DNA of 64,000 nt from Chthonomonadaceae bacterium (lineage in GTDB: Bacteria > Armatimonadota > Chthonomonadetes > Chthonomonadales > Chthonomonadaceae). Within the stretch, counting starts at the first letter, position 1; every line of letters starts with the position of its first letter. Position numbers and translations under genes: made by a program. This document shows positions 55,877 through 64,000 of this stretch, piece after piece. A model generated the notes under the pieces. It had not been told where the DNA came from. It saw only the letters and a list, made by a program, of their open reading frames with translations, and did no database searches. The stretch covers positions 1,888,100 through 1,952,099 of the forward strand of contig CBDFGA010000004.1 in assembly GCA_965246955.1 (NCBI GenBank), given 5' to 3'.

Positions 55877-56339
55877 CTTTGATAACCTCCGGCGGCGAAT
55901 GAATCGCCACACTCCGATAGCCGTACAAGGCATTGACGGCGTTGAAACGCTGAATTTTGGAATAGCGCACAATGTGATTGAAGTTCCAGCTGACAATCAG
56001 TTCGCAATCGGCAACGCTCGCCGTCGCGACGTGCAGGGCATCCGTTGCGGATTTAGCGGTCAGGATGCCCGCCTTGAGATATTCTGCCTGCAAAGCCCTC
56101 GCTTCGTCCGTGACCAGCACAACTTCCGCGTAAGTTACCATCTCCTGAAACAAATTCTGCACTTTGAGCGGCGCGTCGGCGATTTCGTCTTCCACAGGCG
56201 CCGCAATCACAAGCGCAAAACCTCCGTTGGGCGCCTCATCGAAAAAGGCGCGGCTTGCCGTCTCGAACTCAACATCCACAATGCCGCCAAAGACCGTTGT
56301 TTCCGCATAGACGCGAATGGGATGCTGGCGAATGTTCAT
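55866..56339 (-). CDS. PIN-like nuclease domain protein (copy B)
   Basis: About 70% identical to copy A. Promoter box ctgtagaataaagga on the minus strand upstream. Confidence 0.5.
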   Translation of the reverse strand: MNIRQHPIRVYAETTVFGGIVDVEFETASRAFFDEAPNGGFALVIAAPVEDEIADAPLKVQNLFQEMVTYAEVVLVTDEARALQAEYLKAGILTAKSATDALHVATASVADCELIVSWNFNHIVRYSKIQRFNAVNALYGYRSVAIHSPPEVIKDGE

Positions 56340-56474
56340 GGTTTCAATCCTCTCCGGCGCGATACCCTGCGTCCCATTTTCCTTTATTCTACAGCATAAG
56401 TCCGCGCCGCCGTTCCGGGCGGCGAAAATGGAGTATAATAAAGCAGAGAAATCTTCGGACGGGAGAATGGACGC

Positions 56475-56714
56475 ATGGCAACGGCAACTATTGAAACGAT
56501 TGAAGAACGCCTCGTGACGCTGGAAACGCGCCTTGACGCCTTGCAGGGACAAGCGCTTGCTTGCCTGCCGCGCACAGCCCCTACGAAAACAAAGCGCGGC
56601 TGGAAGGCGATTGTCGGCACGTTCGCGAACGACCCGCTTTATGATGAAGCGATGCGATTAGGCCGCGAATGGCGCGAAAACCGATTTGATGAAACGGACG
56701 CGGAGACGCGATAA
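56475..56714 (+). CDS. Orphan small hypothetical protein under cassette promoter
   Basis: gagtataataaag box 30 nt upstream. 79 aa, coiled-coil N-terminus. Confidence 0.35.
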   Translation: MATATIETIEERLVTLETRLDALQGQALACLPRTAPTKTKRGWKAIVGTFANDPLYDEAMRLGREWRENRFDETDAETR

Positions 56715-56741
56715 ACGCTTGTTTTCTGTTTCGTCCTGCTT

Positions 56742-57008
56742 CTACGCCGCTCGTTCCGCTTTGGGTTCTGCCGGGACAAGAAAGACGCGAATGTTTTCCT
56801 GCGCGAAAATGGCGTCCTCGGCCCGCCCCAATTCCTCGTAGTATTCGTATAGTTTCGGCGGTTCGTAGTCGGGCTGAACGGGAACGCGCCAGACAGACTC
56901 ATCGCGGCGGATTCGCGCTTCAATTATGTCCAGATTGGAACCGCCGGGGTGAATGGCGCTCAAATGCTTGCGGGCGGCGCGGGCGACCTGCTGAATTTCC
57001 TCACTCAT
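56742..57008 (-). CDS. Small acidic protein, downstream partner of HEPN protein
   Basis: 88 aa. 8-nt overlap with the HEPN gene. Confidence 0.35.
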   Translation of the reverse strand: MSEEIQQVARAARKHLSAIHPGGSNLDIIEARIRRDESVWRVPVQPDYEPPKLYEYYEELGRAEDAIFAQENIRVFLVPAEPKAERAA

Positions 57009-57387
57009 CTTCTACCTCCAGGGTTTCATAGACGCGATAAACATCTCGAATACAGGCAACTGCAACGGCCCGCGTAACATCCGCCCCGGGACGGTAATCG
57101 GCGTCTTCGCGGGCGCGGCGCAGGCGAATAATGGTTTGCCGAAGCCGATACCGCCCCGCTTTCGGAACGCGGGGCATATGACTTAATACGAGTTCCGGCA
57201 GTTGATGGTGCGCGGGATTGTTCCAATCGGCGGGAAACGAGACTTTCTCACGGATTAACTCGGCGGTGATAAGGCAGTAAACGGCATAGTAAGCGCTGCT
57301 CATACTGCGCCGATAACAGCCGCCGTTCATCAAAAGTTGAGCGGACTTCAAGCAATCCCGACTCATTTCTTCCCACGTCCCCATCAA
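57001..57387 (-). CDS. HEPN-domain protein (putative RNase toxin or nucleotide-sensor)
   Basis: Helical N-terminus (SAQLLMNGGCYRRSMSSAYYAVYCLITA). Rx4-6[HY]-like motif RLRRAREDADYR. Minus-strand promoter box tgtataataaagga upstream. Confidence 0.5.
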   Translation of the reverse strand: MMGTWEEMSRDCLKSAQLLMNGGCYRRSMSSAYYAVYCLITAELIREKVSFPADWNNPAHHQLPELVLSHMPRVPKAGRYRLRQTIIRLRRAREDADYRPGADVTRAVAVACIRDVYRVYETLEVEDE

Positions 57388-57494
57388 TCGTTCTCCATGA
57401 AAACAGAAACGCCCGAACGCCCGCGCTTATCCTTTATTATACAGCATAAATCCGCGCCGCCGTTCCAAATTTTCCACCCTGTGCAAAATTCACC

Positions 57495-57605
57495 GCCGCA
57501 GAAACGCTTGCGGAATGGCGCGTCTGAAAGACGCTTGTTTTTTCCTGCCGGGCTGAATTTGGTAATTATGAAACTCCCGGCAACCCCGGCAATAAAAAAA
57601 ATTTC
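57495..57605 (+). promoter_or_regulatory. Conserved leader element L, copy 3, upstream of NHL PEP-CTERM gene
   Basis: cagaaacgcttgcggaatggcgcgtctgaaagacgcttgttttttc...ggtaattatgaaactcccggcaaccccggcaataaaaaaaattt. Confidence 0.6.
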
Positions 57606-57725
57606 TCCTGATGAAACTATCAGCCCGCCGCGCTCGTAAAATCCATGAGGCAAGCAAATAAAGGCCCTGCGCCCGCTTCCCGCGATTTCACCGGCAGTAA
57701 CGATTCAGGAAAGGTAGACCCGAAA

Positions 57726-58685
57726 ATGCGCAACCTCGTCCGCAACGCCTTCGCGCTCATAGCGCTTGCCCTGCTCGGCACAGCAAACGCCAATGCGCAA
57801 ACATACGTTTTTGACAGCAACATAGGCAATCCCTATAACGGTAGCAATAGCAACGGGCACCTGTTTTACCCTAGAGGTGTCGCGGTAGACGGTAACGGTA
57901 ACGTTTTTGTCGCAGACGGTTCCGATGGTGGTGTTGAGGAATTCAACAGCGGTGGAACGTTCATCCGCAATATCGGCGTTTCAGGCAGTGGTCAGTTGGA
58001 TTACGCTGGTAGTGTCGCTGTTGATGGCAACGGCAATTTATATGTGGCGGACGGTACCAACAACCGAATTGTGGAGTTTAATAATAGCGGCGCGTTCGTC
58101 CGCAATATCGGTACTTCTGGTACAAGCAATGGACAGTTGATCTCGCCTACCAGTGTTGTACTAGATAACAGCGGGAATCTGTATGTCGCGGACTCTGGCA
58201 ACAATCGCATAGAGGAATTTAACCAAAATGGCGGATTTGTTCGCGCCATTAGTAATACGTCCTTCCAAAATCCACAGGGCGTCGCACTAGACAAAAGCGG
58301 CAATATCTACATCGTAGACAATGGCATTGATGAATTGAATAGTAGCGGCACGTTTGTTCGTTACATCGGGGCTGGAAAGGTGTTCGATCCTAGCGGCGTC
58401 ATCTTAGATCGCAGTGGTAATATCTATGTTGCAGATTTGGATACGCAACTTTCGGAGTTCAATAGCGCAGGCAACTTTGTCCAAACTGTCGGCTTTGGAT
58501 ATTTGGTTAGGCCTTTTGGTCTTGCGTTTGATGGAAGCAACAATCTTTACGTTGGGGACATAAACAACCAGTACGTGACAAAGTTCCGTAACACTTCCGC
58601 CGCTACTCCTGCGCCTTCCTCTGTTCTGATTGTTCTGCTTGGGGCGGTTCCGCTTGTCGGGGTGCTTCGCAGGCGGCGCAAGTAG
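57726..58685 (+). CDS. NHL-repeat beta-propeller protein with PEP-CTERM-type sorting tail
   Basis: Signal peptide. Six NHL-like repeats (GN.YVAD..NNRI.EF). Tail ATPAPSSVLIVLLGAVPLVGVLRRRRK. Confidence 0.85.
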   Translation: MRNLVRNAFALIALALLGTANANAQTYVFDSNIGNPYNGSNSNGHLFYPRGVAVDGNGNVFVADGSDGGVEEFNSGGTFIRNIGVSGSGQLDYAGSVAVDGNGNLYVADGTNNRIVEFNNSGAFVRNIGTSGTSNGQLISPTSVVLDNSGNLYVADSGNNRIEEFNQNGGFVRAISNTSFQNPQGVALDKSGNIYIVDNGIDELNSSGTFVRYIGAGKVFDPSGVILDRSGNIYVADLDTQLSEFNSAGNFVQTVGFGYLVRPFGLAFDGSNNLYVGDINNQYVTKFRNTSAATPAPSSVLIVLLGAVPLVGVLRRRRK

Positions 58686-58705
58686 GCTTGTTTCCTCGCA
58701 GGCTT

Positions 58706-58745
58706 TGGGGCCGCGCTTTTCCTCGGCTTTGGGGAAAGCGCGGCC
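58706..58745 (+). terminator. Palindrome T, copy 3
   Basis: ggggccgcgcttttcctcggctttggggaaagcgcggccc. Confidence 0.6.
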
Positions 58746-58751
58746 CTTGTT

Positions 58752-58865
58752 GTTTCCGCCCTCCGCAATCGGGTACAATATATCGCTATTGAACAAAGAC
58801 GTTCCGCCGCACTCCTTCTTTATGCATATTTTGACGGCGAGGACGAACAAAGGATACCGAAAGCG
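58752..58865 (+). promoter_or_regulatory. ppdK promoter/leader (original of the 53386-53501 duplicate)
   Basis: gggtacaatat -10-like box. gaacaaaggataccg SD-like stretch before ATG. Confidence 0.55.
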
Positions 58866-61523
58866 ATGACGAAACGAGTTTACCTGTTTGAAGAAGGCGA
58901 TAAGTCCATGCGCGACCTGCTCGGCGGCAAGGGCGCAAACCTCGCCGAAATGACCAAAATCGGCCTGCCCGTTCCCCCCGGCTTCACCATCACCACCGAC
59001 ACCTGCAACGAATACTACGCCAACGGCAAAACCCTGCCCGCCCCCCTCATGGACGAAGTTCTCACCGCCTTGTCCGACGTGGAGAACAAACTCGGCAAGA
59101 AGTTCGGCGAGGTTGGCAATCCTCTCCTGCTTTCCGTGCGTTCCGGCGCCCGCTTTTCCATGCCCGGCATGATGGACACCGTGCTGAACCTCGGCCTCAA
59201 CGACGCCATTATCGCCCAACTCGTGACCGTGACCGACCCGCGCTTTGTCTACGATTCCTACCGCCGCTTCATTATGATGCTCTCCGACGTGGCCTATTCC
59301 GACAAGTTCGACCACATGAGCAAGCACGATTTCGAGCATCTTTTCGCCGACCTCAAGACCGAACTCGGCGTGAAGGAAGACCTCGAAGTCAGCGCGGACG
59401 GCCTCAAGACCCTGTGCGAGCGCTACAAGGCGCACGTCCTCGCGCACATCGGAAGCGAATTTCCGCAAGACCCCACCATTCAGTTGCAGGCCGCGATTGA
59501 GGCCGTGTTCCGCTCGTGGAACAACGAACGCGCCTTCATCTACCGCCGCCGCGAAAAAATCTCCGACGACATCGGAACCGCCGTCAACGTGCAAAGCATG
59601 GTCTTCGGCAACATGGGCGAGGACTGCGGCACGGGCGTGGCCTTCACCCGCAACGCTTCCACCGGCGAGAACGTGGTCTTTGGCGAATACCTGATGAACG
59701 CGCAGGGCGAAGATGTGGTTGCGGGCGTCCGAACGCCCATGCCCATTGAGCAGCTTGCCAGCCAGAACCCGGAAATCTACAAGCAGTTTGATGAAGTGTG
59801 CAAGACGCTCGAAGGCCACTACAAGGATATGCAAGACATCGAGTTCACCATTGAGCATAACAAACTCTTCATCCTGCAATGCCGAAGCGGAAAGCGCACC
59901 GGCCCCGCCGCCGTGAAAATCGCGGTAGATCAAGTCGCTGAAGGCCTAATCACGAAAGAGGAAGCGATTGCCCGCGTGGAGCCGGAACTCCTCAACCACT
60001 GCCTGCTTCCGGTAATTCCGCAGAACACGAAGTACAACGTCCTCGCCAAAGGACTGCCCGCCGGCCCCGGTGCGGCGACGGGCATTGCGATTTTTGACGC
60101 GGAGCGCGCGGCGGAACTCGGCAAGGGCGGTTTAGGCCAGAAGGTCATTCTCGTTCGCGCCGACACCAGCCCCGACGACCTCAAAGGGATGCTGGCGGCG
60201 CAGGGCGTCCTGACGGAAAAGGGCGGCATGACCTCCCACGCGGCGCTCGTGGCGCGCGGCTTCGGCATCCCCACGGTTGCGGGCTGTTCCGAAATCGCCG
60301 TTGACGCGGGCAAGCGGCAGTTCACGGTAAACGGGCAGACCGTGAAAGAGGGCGACGAAATTTCGCTCAACGGCACCCTGGGCGAAGTCATTCTTGGCGG
60401 CGTCCCGGTGGAAGACGCGAAACTGACCGGCGAATTCGGCACGTTCCTCGGCTGGGCGGACGAAATGCGAACGCTCGGAATCCGCACGAACGCCGACACT
60501 CCCAAAGACACCGAACTCGCCATCAAATTCGGCGCTGAAGGCATTGGCCTGTGCCGCACGGAGCATATGTTCTTCGCCGAAGAGCGCCGCCCCGTCGTAC
60601 AGCGCATGATCCTCGCCAAAGACGAGGCCACCCGGCAGGCCGCGCTTGACGAACTGCTTCCCTTTCAGCGCGAGGACTTCAAGGGCATTTTCGAGGCGCT
60701 CGAAGGCCGTCCCGCCACCATCCGCCTGATTGACCCGCCCCTCCATGAGTTCCTGCCCAACATGGAAGAACTCATCGAGGAGATCGCCACCCTCCACGCG
60801 CAGGGCAAGTCCGATCCCGCCAAAGAGGAAATGCTCACGGCGGTCAAGTCCATGCACGAGATCAACCCGATGATGGGACTGCGCGGCTGCCGCCTCTCGA
60901 TTGTGTTCCCCGGCATCGTCGTGATGCAGACGCGGGCCATCCTCGAAGGCGCGGCGGCGGTCATCAAAGCGGGCGGCGCGGCCCACCCGGAGATTATGAT
61001 CCCCCTCGTCGGACACGTCAACGAACTCAAGACCGTGCGCGAAGGGCTGGAAAAGACAGCGAAAGCGGTGGAAGCGGAACAGGGCATCACGATCCCCTAC
61101 CAGTTCGGCACCATGATTGAAGTGCCTCGCGGCGCCCTGACCGCGGATGAAATCGCCCCCGAAGCGGAGTTCTTCTCGTTCGGAACGAATGACCTGACGC
61201 AGATGACGTTCGGCTTCTCCCGCGACGACAGCGACAAGTTCCTCAAGCCCTATGTGGCGCAGAAAATCCTTGCCGTTGATCCGTTCGAGAGCATTGACCA
61301 AAGCGGCGTGGGTCTGCTGATGGAGATGGCGGTGGCGAAAGGGCGGGGCGTGAAGCCGGGGCTGAAGATGGGCATTTGCGGCGAACACGGCGGCGAACCG
61401 CGTTCCATCGCCTTCTGCCACAAGATCGGCCTCAACTACGTGAGTTGTTCGCCCTACCGGGTTCCGATAGCGCGGCTTGCGGCGGCGCAGGCGGCCCTCG
61501 GCAAAGGCGTCAGCGACAAGTAG
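58866..61523 (+). CDS. ppdK: Pyruvate, phosphate dikinase
   Basis: 885 aa. PEP-utilising enzyme mobile His domain (GGMTSHAALVARGFGIP), N-terminal ATP-grasp, C-terminal TIM barrel (GICGE). Confidence 0.95.
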   Translation: MTKRVYLFEEGDKSMRDLLGGKGANLAEMTKIGLPVPPGFTITTDTCNEYYANGKTLPAPLMDEVLTALSDVENKLGKKFGEVGNPLLLSVRSGARFSMPGMMDTVLNLGLNDAIIAQLVTVTDPRFVYDSYRRFIMMLSDVAYSDKFDHMSKHDFEHLFADLKTELGVKEDLEVSADGLKTLCERYKAHVLAHIGSEFPQDPTIQLQAAIEAVFRSWNNERAFIYRRREKISDDIGTAVNVQSMVFGNMGEDCGTGVAFTRNASTGENVVFGEYLMNAQGEDVVAGVRTPMPIEQLASQNPEIYKQFDEVCKTLEGHYKDMQDIEFTIEHNKLFILQCRSGKRTGPAAVKIAVDQVAEGLITKEEAIARVEPELLNHCLLPVIPQNTKYNVLAKGLPAGPGAATGIAIFDAERAAELGKGGLGQKVILVRADTSPDDLKGMLAAQGVLTEKGGMTSHAALVARGFGIPTVAGCSEIAVDAGKRQFTVNGQTVKEGDEISLNGTLGEVILGGVPVEDAKLTGEFGTFLGWADEMRTLGIRTNADTPKDTELAIKFGAEGIGLCRTEHMFFAEERRPVVQRMILAKDEATRQAALDELLPFQREDFKGIFEALEGRPATIRLIDPPLHEFLPNMEELIEEIATLHAQGKSDPAKEEMLTAVKSMHEINPMMGLRGCRLSIVFPGIVVMQTRAILEGAAAVIKAGGAAHPEIMIPLVGHVNELKTVREGLEKTAKAVEAEQGITIPYQFGTMIEVPRGALTADEIAPEAEFFSFGTNDLTQMTFGFSRDDSDKFLKPYVAQKILAVDPFESIDQSGVGLLMEMAVAKGRGVKPGLKMGICGEHGGEPRSIAFCHKIGLNYVSCSPYRVPIARLAAAQAALGKGVSDK

Positions 61524-61564
61524 ACAACGAAGCAAAACGTACAAATCTGCTGTATAATGAAAGG

Positions 61565-61600
61565 ACGCGGGAGGCATTTCCCGCGTCCTTTGCAAGTTTA
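61565..61600 (+). terminator. Hairpin terminator after ppdK
   Basis: aaaggacgcggga..tcccgcgtccttt. Confidence 0.6.
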
Positions 61601-61642
61601 TGCGTCTCCGGCGCGTTCTGCGCGTGGCGAAAAGGAAGGTTG

Positions 61643-61852
61643 ATGCCCGAAAAAGTTGCTGTTAGTTTTCTCGAATACCTGCTTTCCAAGTCCACGATTT
61701 CGTTGTCTACGGCAAAACAGGCCCACGAAATTATCGCTGAGGTTCGAGGTATTTTACGCAATCCCGAACGTAATGGCGGCGTAACATACAGCCTGTATTT
61801 CGGAGATCAGGCGGGCGCTCCGTTTTATCGGTTGGCGTGGACAACAATTTGA
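61643..61852 (+). CDS. Small hypothetical protein (first gene of an overlapping pair)
   Basis: AAGGAAGG SD. 16-nt overlap with next ORF. Confidence 0.4.
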   Translation: MPEKVAVSFLEYLLSKSTISLSTAKQAHEIIAEVRGILRNPERNGGVTYSLYFGDQAGAPFYRLAWTTI

Positions 61853-62259
61853 CACAGCACATTCTGCCGGAGCGATTTAGCCTGACCGAAAGCGAGCAAG
61901 CGCCGACCGAAGATTACCTGACCGAAAATCTTGTGGAATATTTGACGCGGCATCGTCAAATGCTGACAAACCCGCGTTGCTGTATTGGTCTGTGGGAAGG
62001 CCCGTTGAAAGACGGGGGAAACGAATTATATCTGGATATTTCGGTACTGGTTTATCACGAGACGCTGGCCCTTGCGTTTGGGAAAGAAAGCAATCAAATC
62101 GCCATTTTTTCCCTGCGCGACGGGCGCGTGATCAACCTCGGAGGAACCGGCGAATCGGTTGAAGCGCGTTTACAGCTCGGAGGAACCGGCGAATCGGTTG
62201 AAGCGCGTTTACAGCGTCTTGAACGCGCGGATCGTCCTGTGCTGACAGAAGGGAAATGA
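61837..62259 (+). CDS. Hypothetical protein with internal tandem 13-aa duplication
   Basis: 39-bp tandem repeat ctcggaggaaccggcgaatcggttgaagcgcgtttacag x2 (62139-62216) giving LGGTGESVEARLQ twice. Confidence 0.45.
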   Translation: MDNNLTQHILPERFSLTESEQAPTEDYLTENLVEYLTRHRQMLTNPRCCIGLWEGPLKDGGNELYLDISVLVYHETLALAFGKESNQIAIFSLRDGRVINLGGTGESVEARLQLGGTGESVEARLQRLERADRPVLTEGK

Positions 62260-62262
62260 ACC

Positions 62263-62562
62263 ATGAGCAATAAAACGCTGACAGAGCCGACGACATCAAG
62301 CAGGCAGCAACGCCAATGGCTGCCCGTGACGGTTACGGGCATTCAAAAAAGTGAGCCGCCGCGTCTGGAGTTTTATTCCATGATGACCCTGCGGGACGGG
62401 CAGCAAAAACCCTGTCCCGGAACGGCAAGGATTGAGGACGAAGATTTGTTGCGCCGTCTGTGGGCGGAAATGTTATCAGGAGACAAGTTTCGGATATACA
62501 TTCGGACTGATTGGAGCAGCGAGGACATTCCTGTTGTCTTGCTTGATTTTTGTCGGCTGTGA
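62263..62562 (+). CDS. Hypothetical protein
   Basis: ATG 4 nt after upstream stop. No motif. Confidence 0.35.
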   Translation: MSNKTLTEPTTSSRQQRQWLPVTVTGIQKSEPPRLEFYSMMTLRDGQQKPCPGTARIEDEDLLRRLWAEMLSGDKFRIYIRTDWSSEDIPVVLLDFCRL

Positions 62563-62940
62563 GGCATTGTGTCGGGCGGCGGGAACAATCGTTTTCGCCT
62601 TTGACGGTTCCGGCTTCGTCTTTCGCGCTTTCCTTTTCCTCACGGATGCTTTCCACTTCGCGTTGGAAGTCTTCCGCTTCGTGTTTGGCGGCTTCCTTTT
62701 CGTGTTGGACGCTTCCAATCACGAAAAAAGTCCCGCCAATCACGAAAAAGAATCATTCCGCGAACCACGTCAGCAAAGCAAATGAGATAGCAAACGGCGC
62801 GTTTCGAGGAGAATTATCGGCGGGGGCGGGGCGTTTCCTTATCTCATGGAACCGGAGAAGACGTGAAAAAGCCGCTTTGCCGTCGTTTTCTATGAGGCAA
62901 AGCGGCTATGAAAAGGGCAGCTTGCTTGCTGGAACGCGGA

Positions 62941-63330
62941 CTACGGATTCGGAAGGGGGCGCAGGGTAAATGCGGCGCCAACCCGCACGGGTAAGTTTAG
63001 TTCGTAATCGCGCATCAGGGCCATTCCTATCAACGAATCGGAATCCATTTCGTCTATTAAAATCGTCAAAGGCTGTCCGTCCCACAGCAGAACGCCGCGA
63101 TAAACATCAAAACGAACGATACTGCCGTCTGCCAGCGTGGAGGTATCGTAGCGAAACCAGCGCAGGCCGAGCGCGGCGATAACGGCGGGCGGCAGGGTGA
63201 AGGTTCCGTTAAACCCGGTGTCTATCACGGCATCGTAATCGTGAGGCCGTCCGTTGGCGTCAAAGAGGGTAACGCGCAAAATGGCGGCGCCTTCCGCCGT
63301 GACCGTTCCCGTCATCATCGCGTTCGCCAC
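62941..63330 (-). CDS. Retropepsin-like aspartic protease domain protein (copy 2)
   Basis: VIDTGFNGTFTLP DTG motif. Paralogue of 55254-55625. Terminator hairpin aaagccgctttgcc/ggcaaagcggct downstream at 62866-62912. Confidence 0.55.
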   Translation of the reverse strand: MANAMMTGTVTAEGAAILRVTLFDANGRPHDYDAVIDTGFNGTFTLPPAVIAALGLRWFRYDTSTLADGSIVRFDVYRGVLLWDGQPLTILIDEMDSDSLIGMALMRDYELNLPVRVGAAFTLRPLPNP

Positions 63331-63611
63331 ACTCCTCTCGCGCCGAACCGCCGCACACCGCGATCCGGGCCGACGCGCAGAACGAGAATCTGCGCGTCGG
63401 GCAGTCGGGCGTCCAGACGTTCCGAAGCGGTGTTTTCATCGGGGTCCATCTCCCATGCGCCCGTTTCAAGGTCAAGGGCGATAATCTCGCCATTATGCGC
63501 GGGTTCGACCTGCGGACGAATATCGCGCTCGTAGATTTCATCGCCAAGCCTTCCGGCTTCCTGCGGGCTGTATTTGGGTTGTTTTACGGGCATGAGGCAT
63601 CTCCCTTCCAA
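63315..63611 (-). CDS. Single-repeat paralogue of the protease partner protein (copy 2)
   Basis: IYERDIRPQVEPAHNGEIIALDLETGAWEM aligns with both repeats of 54645-55253. Overlaps protease gene start. Confidence 0.5.
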   Translation of the reverse strand: MEGRCLMPVKQPKYSPQEAGRLGDEIYERDIRPQVEPAHNGEIIALDLETGAWEMDPDENTASERLDARLPDAQILVLRVGPDRGVRRFGARGVWRTR

Positions 63612-64000
63612 AAGCGGGGCGCAAGACTGCGCCCCGCTCCATTATACACCAGAACCGCGCCGACGGGCCGATTCCTTTTTGCAGGGAATTAAAGCGTCGT
63701 GAGAAAGCCATCCAGACTACTTTTTCGGTGACGCAGAACGGTTTGAACATATCTAAACGGGCTTTACTGCTTAGTCCAACTGTTCGTGCCATTACTCACG
63801 AATCGAACTGATGGGTTGTTACTACTATTTAATGTGATGGAAGGTGCGGAATTACCACCTTGTGCGTTAATTGGTAGAGTATATGTTTGATTCGTCGAAC
63901 TACTATACAGGTTGATCGAGAGGGATGTACCGGCAGGTACTGAGCCAGCGAGTGGTAAGTATGTTGTCGTGGTGTATTGTCCATCATTTTCTTGTGTACC

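Noticed and set aside
63620-64000. AT-richer 3' end possibly encoding the tail of a Ser/Thr/Asn-rich minus-strand gene (..SSNNPSVRFVSNGTNSWTKQ*)
   Set aside because: By hand translation the frame has an upstream in-frame stop. The window ends before it can be resolved. Not called.

Overview
High-GC (roughly 60-65%) bacterial chromosomal segment from a diderm organism (it has an LPS-transport lpt cluster, a secretin and PEP-CTERM-type sorting tails). Taxon not assignable from sequence alone. All identifications rest on motif recognition by eye. No searches were run. Layout, left to right:
- 1-7 kb: pstA(5' partial)-pstB-phoU, a GAF histidine kinase, an HDOD protein, ribH-ribE.
- 7-10.3 kb: a peptidoglycan-recycling trio (SLT-like secreted protein, murQ, LD-carboxypeptidase).
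- 10.4-22.6 kb: a minus-strand type IV filament cluster (pilB, pilC, PilX-like, two pseudopilins, a PilM-PilN fusion, PilO-like, secretin pilQ, PilP-like). Its intergenic gaps are filled by palindromic repeat elements.
- 23.4-29 kb: tkt, lrp, then a cytochrome b / DUF1003 / Mo-oxidoreductase / Met-His-rich operon.
- 29-38 kb: a toxin-antitoxin (TA) rich stretch (HigB/RelE-like pair, a decayed hicA with hicB-like partner, nfeD-flotillin, BrnT-BrnA, a lower-GC islet with an IS3 element, rlmN, a BrnT-BrnA fusion).
- 38-49.5 kb: lptC/A-like, lptB, lptFG, a DUF3084 coiled-coil protein, RuvX-like, larC N-domain, rsmI, an MBL hydrolase, an M50 peptidase.
- 49.5-58.9 kb: the most unusual part. Two PEP-CTERM genes plus remnants sit among at least seven small two-gene modules (two paralogous PIN+partner pairs, a BrnT+DUF4415 pair, small protein+HNH, tandem-repeat protein+retropepsin-like aspartic protease, HEPN+partner, orphan small proteins). 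Nearly all are driven by the same GTATAATA-type -10 box and bounded by recurring terminator palindromes, a recurring leader element, and a duplicated ppdK promoter.
- 58.9-64 kb: ppdK, more small paired genes, and a second copy of the partner+aspartic-protease module.
Genome-wide signature: many MITE-like intergenic elements whose inverted-repeat arms are tandem heptamers (GGTGTTC, GGTGTCG, GAATGAT, GAAAACA and others). No rRNA, tRNA or CRISPR array was recognised.
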